From a virus, in IMG/VR virus record IMGVR_UViG_3300000116_000005, positions 1-5,026 of that record: 5,026 nucleotides of DNA; one strand, given 5' to 3'. Both the position numbers and the translations under genes were made by a program. The notes beneath the pieces are model-generated. The model saw nothing but the letters and a program-made list of their open reading frames with translations. It searched no databases and was not told where the DNA came from. Shown piece after piece: positions 1 through 4,922 of this stretch (the first letter of the stretch is position 1; every line of letters begins with the position of its first letter).

Positions 1-43
1 CCCATTTAAGCACCTCGCCGTTATAATGCTTATCTAGGGTTTT
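1..43. repeat. Terminal redundancy, copy A (identical to 4984-5026). This is the signature of a circular contig.
   Basis: cccatttaagcacctcgccgttataatgcttatctagggtttt occurs at 1-43 and again at 4984-5026 with 43/43 identity. The Rep reading frame continues seamlessly through the junction. Confidence 0.97.
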
Positions 44-889
44 ATGAAAGTCATTGACTTTTTTGTTTACGTGTTTTAAATATGATCTTTGACTTATTTC
101 TAATCTTTTTTCTTTTTCTGTGAATAATCTTTGTACATATGCTTTTGGTAATCTTCTAATATTTCCGTTCATATCTGCTGTACTTAAATCTTCTGTTTCT
201 ATATGATGTTTACTATAGTTGTTTAAATAAAAACTTCCAAGTATACTGTACTTTGATGATCTTCTTCCTTTTGACATCATAGAAAACGGTCTTACCCGTT
301 TGTCGTTTTTTCCCCAATCTTTGAACATATATTTTGTAACATAGTTTATTGAACTTGCTGTAACTGTTCCTACATCTACGTATCCATGTTTTAAACCTGT
401 TAATGTGTTTTTCCATTGGTCTGTTATAGGTCTAAGATTTGCGATATCATAGTTAAACAATAACATATGATAATGAGGTCTTCGGGTTTTACTACCGTAT
501 TCGCCAACTGCATAATATCTAATAGGTTTACTAACATCTTTAACTTGTTTTTTTGTTACTTTTAGTTCTTTTGTTACATACTTTACATGATCGTTTCTTA
601 AACGTTTTATATAATCTTGTAAATGTTTTTTATGAAGTGTTAAATACCCTTCTTTTGTTCTTGGTATACTCCAATCTCCATATGTTAACGTAATGAATAG
701 CGCTGAATCGCTTCCTAAATACTCGTGTTCTAGTCTTAAACTCCAATCTGATCTTCTTTTTTTTCTACATTGTAGGCATTTGCCACATGGTACTCGGAAG
801 TCTAAGTCTTTTATTTTTAAACTGTTACTGCATGATGTTGCTATAACGTCAGGATAGAATCCAAAGTCTTCTAAGTACCGTTGTTTCAT
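1..889 (-). CDS. VP4: Replication initiator protein (Rep, VP4 / phiX174 gene A family), N-terminal 296 codons. The ORF runs off the window start and continues at 4983->4919.
   Basis: I translated this by hand from the ATG at 889-887 and found no stop codon down to position 1. The product begins MKQRYLEDFGFYPD. It carries a Cys cluster, VPCGKCLQC (767-787), and motif 1, FITLTY (680-697). The HUH motif RPHYHMLLF has HYH at 467-475. The paired catalytic tyrosines YVTKY lie at 329-343, compared with YVAKY in phiX174 protein A. The ORF is absent from the ORF track only because it has no in-window stop. Confidence 0.93.
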   Translation of the reverse strand, partial: MKQRYLEDFGFYPDVIATSCSNSLKIKDLDFRVPCGKCLQCRKKRRSDWSLRLEHEYLGSDSALFITLTYGDWSIPRTKEGYLTLHKKHLQDYIKRLRNDHVKYVTKELKVTKKQVKDVSKPIRYYAVGEYGSKTRRPHYHMLLFNYDIANLRPITDQWKNTLTGLKHGYVDVGTVTASSINYVTKYMFKDWGKNDKRVRPFSMMSKGRRSSKYSILGSFYLNNYSKHHIETEDLSTADMNGNIRRLPKAYVQRLFTEKEKRLEISQRSYLKHVNKKVNDFHKTLDKHYNGEVLKW

Positions 890-978
890 GACAGTCTAAT
901 TCCTCCTCTTTTTGCTAGAATGAATTTGCTTGATCTTCTTTTTGACTTGTAACGTCTTCTTGTTCTATATCTGTTCAT
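886..978 (-). CDS. Small arginine/lysine-rich peptide (30 aa), a putative DNA-binding/packaging protein analogous to phiX174 J or gokushovirus ORF8.
   Basis: Hand translation gives MNRYRTRRRYKSKRRSSKFILAKRGGIRLS, with 13 of 30 residues basic and none acidic. It fills the gap between the VP2 stop (990) and the Rep start (889). Its TGA (886-888) overlaps the Rep ATG as ATGA. It is too short to appear in the ORF track. Confidence 0.6.
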   Translation of the reverse strand: MNRYRTRRRYKSKRRSSKFILAKRGGIRLS

Positions 979-989
979 AATTATTTATT

Positions 990-1862
990 TTAATTTTTGA
1001 TATTTTGTATACTAATTTCTTGCGCTCTATTGACAGTTGTATTATTACCTTTTTTTCCTGTGATTTTATTTATAAAACCATATAAACTGAATAATGTATC
1101 TATACCTTTTTTACCTGTATAAATAAGAGCTATTTGTGCCATAATCATTTGTTTTACAGTCATTTTTACACCTGATTCAAAACCAAACTTTTTTGCGGCT
1201 TCTTTTCCTATTTCTATTTGTTTATTCATAACTCCTGGTTGTGATAAATCTTCTTGTCCTGATAATAATGAGATTACTGTTGCCATTGAATCGTTAAATA
1301 TTCCATTTTGTTTCATACCTAACATTAATTCTTTTAATGCGGCGTCTGACATTGATGATTGATAATCTGCGGCTAAACTTTTGAAATATTGTTCTTTTTG
1401 CATTGTCATTCCTTCACCTATTAAACCTTGAATTACTGCGTTTGCTTTAGCTAATAATGTATTTGCTTTTTGATTTTCTTTATTTACGCCTAACATTGAT
1501 GCTTGTACACCTGCGGCTGTACTTTGTGCGAAATCTGCTGAACTATAATACGGGTCTAATTGTTGAAATTGTGATGTTGGCATTTGATTTGCATTTCCTG
1601 TTGTGCCTTGTCCATACATTAAAGCTGGATTTAATCCTGCTTGTTTTAATCTTTCCATTTGTGCTTTTGGTGTATTGTATGCGTTTTGATAATCCCACAT
1701 TTGTTTATCTAACTTGAACCTTTCGTTCATTAATTGCTTTGATCTGTTAAATGCTTTTTTTCTTGAGCCTATACCAAATAATGCTGATACACCACCCGTT
1801 GCTAATGCTCCTAAACCTCCTGTTGCTGCGCCTTTTAATGCGCCTGTTAACCATGAACCCAT
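990..1862 (-). CDS. VP2: Minor capsid / DNA pilot protein (VP2, functional analogue of phiX174 H).
   Basis: The 290-aa ORF has a Gly/Ala-rich N-terminus (MGSWLTGALKGAATGGLGALATGG). This is followed by ...KQMWDYQNAYNTPKAQMERLKQAGLNPALMYGQG, the AGLNP-L-Y signature typical of gokushovirus-type VP2. An in-frame TAG sits 9 nt upstream of the ATG. Confidence 0.85.
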   Translation of the reverse strand: MGSWLTGALKGAATGGLGALATGGVSALFGIGSRKKAFNRSKQLMNERFKLDKQMWDYQNAYNTPKAQMERLKQAGLNPALMYGQGTTGNANQMPTSQFQQLDPYYSSADFAQSTAAGVQASMLGVNKENQKANTLLAKANAVIQGLIGEGMTMQKEQYFKSLAADYQSSMSDAALKELMLGMKQNGIFNDSMATVISLLSGQEDLSQPGVMNKQIEIGKEAAKKFGFESGVKMTVKQMIMAQIALIYTGKKGIDTLFSLYGFINKITGKKGNNTTVNRAQEISIQNIKN

Positions 1863-1933
1863 ATTATTTACCTATTTTGCCGTCATTGTCTAGATCGGCG
1901 TTAATTACTTCTTCAATTAATTTTATTGTTACT

Positions 1934-2389
1934 TCAAGCAACTTTGGTAAGATGCTTTCTGCTATTTTTAATAGTATTTTCTTTCCCATTTTTTATGTCT
2001 TTTATTGTTATTTTATGTTCTTCGTGGCATAATATTGCCTCTAATGTTGTTACTGCGTGTCTACTAAAGAATACTTGTTGTGGTATTTCTTCCTGATAAT
2101 TTACTAGTCCTACACTGATACATCCTTCCAATTCAATTCCACGATTAGCTGAATGTATACGGATGCCATATCTGTTAGGTACGTCGATAATTTCCAGTGT
2201 TTCTCTATTAAACTTATTGCTAGGAGTATAATTAATAGTATAAGTGCCTTCTTGTATTTTCCTGTCATTGTTTTCTACTGTACTGAAGTAGAATATTCCG
2301 TTATGTTTAGAGTGTACTTCTAATATTCCGAATAAACTTCTTTGGTTTCCTAGTACTTTTCTTTTTAATATTATATCTTTAATAACCAT
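1934..2389 (-). CDS. Accessory protein resembling the DUF5675 family, with a His79...Gly-Cys90 motif and unknown function.
   Basis: The 151-aa ORF is the first ATG after an in-frame TAG. The segment FSTVENNDRKIQEGTYTINYTPSNKFNRETLEIIDVPNRYGIRIHSANRGIELEGCISVG...SRHAVTTLEAIL fits my recollection of the DUF5675 (PF18925) pattern. The His codon is at 2153-2155 and the Cys codon at 2120-2122. It is not part of the microvirus core gene set. The family assignment is from memory and was not searched. Confidence 0.6.
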   Translation of the reverse strand: MVIKDIILKRKVLGNQRSLFGILEVHSKHNGIFYFSTVENNDRKIQEGTYTINYTPSNKFNRETLEIIDVPNRYGIRIHSANRGIELEGCISVGLVNYQEEIPQQVFFSRHAVTTLEAILCHEEHKITIKDIKNGKENTIKNSRKHLTKVA

Positions 2390-2441
2390 ATTGCGAATTT
2401 GATAATTAGTGTTTTTTGCTTTTTTATCGTTTTCCTCTGAT

Positions 2442-2469
2442 TTGAACTATAATTTATAGTATGTTAATT
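2442..2469 (+). other. dif-like 28-mer, a candidate XerC/XerD-type recombination site, overlapping a perfect 7+1+7 palindrome (2446-2460).
   Basis: ttgaactataa-tttata-gtatgttaatt compared with E. coli dif GGTGCGCATAA-TGTATA-TTATGTTAAAT gives 18/28 identities overall. Over the conserved inner-XerC, central and XerD part it gives 18/21. The core TATGTTAA is identical. The palindrome actataa-t-ttatagt lies at 2446-2460. Confidence 0.3.
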
Positions 2470-2516
2470 GCTAATTCCTTAGAGGTATACGCTAATATAT
2501 GAATTTTTTCTAATAT

Positions 2517-2538
2517 AAATAATAGTCCCCTATTATTT
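2517..2538. repeat. Inverted repeat / hairpin with a 9-bp stem and 4-nt loop.
   Basis: aaataatag (2517-2525) pairs perfectly with ctattattt (2530-2538). The loop is tccc, which reads GGGA on the coding strand. The stem is AT-rich, with only one G:C pair. Confidence 0.6.
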
Positions 2539-2588
2539 TCTTACTTTTTTCCCTTTTTTTTTGTCTTATTGCCTATTTCATAGTCATT

Positions 2589-2621
2589 GAGCCATATATT
2601 ATCAAGTCGTATATATGGCTC
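2589..2621 (-). other. 11-bp stem / 11-nt loop hairpin, a candidate rolling-circle (+)-strand origin with a phiX174-like nick motif in the loop.
   Basis: gagccatatat (2589-2599) pairs perfectly with atatatggctc (2611-2621). On the coding strand the loop plus the adjoining arm reads CGACTTGATAATA (2609->2597). The phiX174 ori is CAACTTG^ATATTA, so 11/13 positions are identical, including ACTTGATA. The structure is certain; the function is inferred. Confidence 0.4.
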
Positions 2622-2631
2622 TTTAATACAC

Positions 2632-2662
2632 AAAAAAAAGGCCGATATTTCTACCGACCTTT
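2632..2662 (-). terminator. Rho-independent terminator downstream of VP3.
   Basis: The coding strand reads AAAGGUCGGUA-GAAA-UAUCGGCCUUU followed by further U residues, an 8-U run in total. The stem is 11 bp including two G-U pairs, and the loop is a GAAA tetraloop. It begins 22 nt after the VP3 stop codon (2685-2687). Confidence 0.65.
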
Positions 2663-2684
2663 AAAACAAAACTAACTACCCAAA

Positions 2685-3062
2685 TTATTCTGATTTGGTC
2701 TCTTTTTCTGTTTGTGTATCTACTACTGCTTCTTTAGATGCTTGTATTAGTGCTTCTTGCTTTGCCTTTTCGTGATCTGATATTTTTGTTTGCAATGCTT
2801 TCACTTGACTACTAACTTCTGATAGATATTGCAGTTTTTCAACTGGTTCCATTTCTTGAATTTTATTCAATGTTTGTGAGCTGAATGTTGCTTGATCCTC
2901 ATAATAAGGTGTCTTATAATTGTCGTATGTCATACCTTGTGTATTTCTAAATAGAATTTCTCTAACTGACATTGACTGATTTGGTTTGGTGATAATTTCA
3001 CCTGTGTTGTCCTGAACTGTTATTTTCTGAACTTTCCACTTATCTTTAATTTTTTTGTTCAT
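2685..3062 (-). CDS. VP3: Putative internal scaffolding protein (VP3-like).
   Basis: The 125-aa ORF has a size and position typical of microvirus VP3. The N-terminal segment KPNQSMSVREILFRNTQG resembles the P..QS....I..R...G motif I recall from gokushovirus VP3 (Chp2-type ...PSLTKQSF..DIN.IV.RF.KTG). The C-terminal half is acidic and probably helical. The start overlaps the upstream ORF by 17 nt. Confidence 0.55.
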   Translation of the reverse strand: MNKKIKDKWKVQKITVQDNTGEIITKPNQSMSVREILFRNTQGMTYDNYKTPYYEDQATFSSQTLNKIQEMEPVEKLQYLSEVSSQVKALQTKISDHEKAKQEALIQASKEAVVDTQTEKETKSE

Positions 3063-3279
3063 CTGTCTTTAAATTACTTGTTAATAATTGATTTAATCTT
3101 AATACTTCTTTGTATAATAATGCTAATGCTGAACCATTTTCGTATACCATTGATTCTAATGTGTTTTCTTTAATATACTTTTCCTTGTACTCTTGAAACT
3201 TTTGTTTGAATTCTTTAACTTCTTTTTTTGTTGTTTCATCTTCTGTTCCTGATATTACATCATCTTTAATTAATTTCAT
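3046..3279 (-). CDS. Hypothetical 77-aa protein, Lys/Glu-rich and probably helical, with no family recognised.
   Basis: It fills the space between VP1 and VP3 on the coding strand exactly: a 14-nt gap after the VP1 stop and a 17-nt overlap with the VP3 start. The sequence is MKLIKDDVISGTEDETTKKEVKEFKQKFQEYKEKYIKEN...LLYKEVLRLNQLLTSNLKTDEQKN. I recognise no motif. Confidence 0.55.
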   Translation of the reverse strand: MKLIKDDVISGTEDETTKKEVKEFKQKFQEYKEKYIKENTLESMVYENGSALALLYKEVLRLNQLLTSNLKTDEQKN

Positions 3280-3293
3280 TTTATTTTATTTAT

Positions 3294-4922
3294 TTAGGTT
3301 AAACTTGGGTTACTGAAGTATGGTATTGGTCTTACTGCGTTTACTTTATGATATAAACTTATCCAGCATTTGTCTTCATTTGCATCTTCTATTGCAAATA
3401 TTCTTGTGTCGGGTGCACATTCTATGAATGATTGATTTAAAGTTGGTGCGTTGTTTTCGAACCTTCTTGATAGTTCCCAATGTGCTAGCGTATCTCTAAA
3501 GTCTCCGGCTACTCTGTTTTCTGCGTACTTATATTCCGCATATCGTTGCTGATATCCAAATATTTGATTATCGTCTGTTGTATTTCCTTCTACATAAATT
3601 TCTTTATTGTATACTTCTTGTTCGCCTAGATTTGCGAATTGTGGGAAATAATGATCGAATTTGTCAAACTTTTGCCAAAATCTGTTTAATCCTTGTACGT
3701 ATGATGTTTTAGGTATAATTCTACATAATCCTAATATAATTCCATGTTCGTCGAATGATTGTGTAAATCCTATATTATCTCCTAATCCTAAAGCATGTCC
3801 ATACATATCTCCTGCTGGTCTTGATGTTGATACTGATTTATCTTCGTATGTACTTAATATTTCTGATACCATTATTGGTGTTTTACCACCTCCTAAGTAT
3901 TTTGGAATTTGTACTGTATAATCTGGAATTCTTTCTCCAAATATTGCGTATATCTGTTCCCTGTATCTTGAACCAGCTCTGGCCATAAGCTCTAACCACT
4001 GTTGAAGAGCTGATGCTTTTCTTAGTTCGTTAATTGTTGCGCCTGTTGCTGATGATAAATCTGCTACTAAATTTCTAGAATTGTCTATATCTATTCCTGT
4101 TGTGCCTGGTAAATTAGCAATAACTTGTCCTGAACTTGAAGTTTGTAATGCTGAAACACCATCAAAACTCATACTATTTATTGTATTACCTCCTGAATTG
4201 TTTCTTATTTGTGTTGAATAAGAAGTATCGTTATCATATAAAATTGGTGCTGTGCTACCTAATGGAAGTGTTACTTCTGCGCCTCTTTGTAAGAATGGTA
4301 ATGAACTTGTAAAATAATCTTTTTGCCAATTTGATTTTCTTAATGACATTAGAGAAACTTGATCTGTTGATGTATGTACACCTGAACCTGTAAATTGTTC
4401 GTGTTCGTCTCCTACGTTTTGGTCTCTGAAGTATTCGTGCCATATTAATTGATATGCTCTAAATGGTAAAGCTGAAATTTCTTGTCTTTCTGCTGTTGCT
4501 GTTGCTATATCGTTCCAAGCTCCTCCTTTTGTTCCAGCTGTTGCTGTTGTTGGTGGTACTCCTAAATAGTCTGCTAATGATCCTTTTGTTAAAAAAGTTT
4601 GTGATGTTGCGCTTACTCTGATTCTTGGATAAGAGGGTAGATCGTTTCCGTCTTCTCCTCCTGTAATGAAGTCTTTCCATTCGTCCCATATAATTCTGTA
4701 TGGTACAAAGAAATAATCTAGTTTAAAGTCTACATTGTGCATCATTGGTGCTAATAATGGACTAAACCTTACTAATTGTTGTGTGTTTACTTTGAAGCTA
4801 TCGCCAGGGATTACATCTTGTATGTAACATGGATATAATTCACCCATGTTTCCCGTCATCTTAACTTCATGAGATAAGTCGAAATTGTTTTTCTTCGGCT
4901 TTTTAACATAAATGTCATTCAT
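3294..4922 (-). CDS. VP1: Major capsid protein (VP1, Microviridae F-protein family).
   Basis: The 542-aa ORF carries hallmark blocks. These include NNFDLSHEVKMTGNMGELYPCYIQDVIPGDSF, LLAPMMHNVDFKLDYFFVPYRIIWDEWKDF, INELRKASALQQWLELMARAGSRYREQIYAIFG and IPKYLGGG. A Ser/Thr/Gly/Asn-rich insertion at about aa 221-295 sits where gokushovirus VP1 carries its large variable loop. Confidence 0.97.
   Translation of the reverse strand: MNDIYVKKPKKNNFDLSHEVKMTGNMGELYPCYIQDVIPGDSFKVNTQQLVRFSPLLAPMMHNVDFKLDYFFVPYRIIWDEWKDFITGGEDGNDLPSYPRIRVSATSQTFLTKGSLADYLGVPPTTATAGTKGGAWNDIATATAERQEISALPFRAYQLIWHEYFRDQNVGDEHEQFTGSGVHTSTDQVSLMSLRKSNWQKDYFTSSLPFLQRGAEVTLPLGSTAPILYDNDTSYSTQIRNNSGGNTINSMSFDGVSALQTSSSGQVIANLPGTTGIDIDNSRNLVADLSSATGATINELRKASALQQWLELMARAGSRYREQIYAIFGERIPDYTVQIPKYLGGGKTPIMVSEILSTYEDKSVSTSRPAGDMYGHALGLGDNIGFTQSFDEHGIILGLCRIIPKTSYVQGLNRFWQKFDKFDHYFPQFANLGEQEVYNKEIYVEGNTTDDNQIFGYQQRYAEYKYAENRVAGDFRDTLAHWELSRRFENNAPTLNQSFIECAPDTRIFAIEDANEDKCWISLYHKVNAVRPIPYFSNPSLT

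Larger units (their letters stand above)
2390..2684 (-). promoter_or_regulatory. The only sizeable intergenic region (295 nt). It is presumed to hold the promoter(s) and replication or recombination signals.
   Basis: No ORF longer than about 13 codons occurs on either strand. The region contains a terminator, two hairpins, a purine tract on the coding strand and a palindrome or dif-like motif, each listed as its own feature. No promoter could be called with confidence in such AT-rich sequence. Confidence 0.55.

Noticed and set aside
213-416. A 67-aa Lys/Arg-rich ORF nested in Rep in the +1 frame. It is tempting because phiX174 nests genes B and K inside gene A.
   Set aside because: It has no recognisable motif and no Shine-Dalgarno sequence. 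Its basic composition is what an A-rich coding strand yields in shifted frames. It does not resemble gokushovirus VP5. Only conservation in relatives could rescue it.
1457-1717. Plus-strand 86-aa ORF (MYLLFDFLYLRL...), hydrophobic and superficially like a membrane or lysis protein.
   Set aside because: It lies antisense to VP2 on the T-rich non-coding strand, and its Phe/Leu/Ile richness follows from that base composition. Microviruses transcribe a single strand, and no translation signals are visible.
1751-2032. Plus-strand 93-aa hydrophobic ORF.
   Set aside because: The reason is the same: it lies antisense to VP2 and the DUF5675-like gene and is a composition artefact.
2577-2605. A sigma70-like promoter on the coding strand: TTGATA (2605->2600), a 17-nt spacer, then TATGAA (2582->2577).
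   Set aside because: Matches to -35 and -10 hexamers are unreliable in sequence this AT-rich. The candidate overlaps the ori-like hairpin, and the consensus may not apply if the host is a Bacteroidota member. I did not report it as a feature.
3046-3062. An A7 run (T7 at 3050-3056 on the plus strand) sits in the 17-nt ORF77/VP3 overlap and could be a programmed frameshift or transcriptional slippage site fusing ORF77 to VP3.
   Set aside because: Fusion would need a +1 shift, not a -1 shift, and a -1 shift runs into a stop after 9 codons. Comparable A-runs occur elsewhere, for example an A8 inside Rep at 747-754, so the run is explained by base composition.
3661-3921. Plus-strand 86-aa ORF.
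   Set aside because: It lies antisense to the highly conserved VP1 gene, and nothing in the sequence supports it.
4255-4689. Two very basic ORFs (76 aa and 62 aa) lie in the same alternative frame inside VP1. A single TAG (4459-4461) separates them, which makes them look like an overprinted gene.
   Set aside because: A rough estimate suggests that stop-free runs of this length in a shifted frame are not rare given this composition. The proteins consist of Arg/Lys/Ser/Asn runs and have no transmembrane segment, as an E-like lysis protein would need. I treat them as frame artefacts unless a comparative analysis shows suppressed synonymous variation in VP1 at this position.
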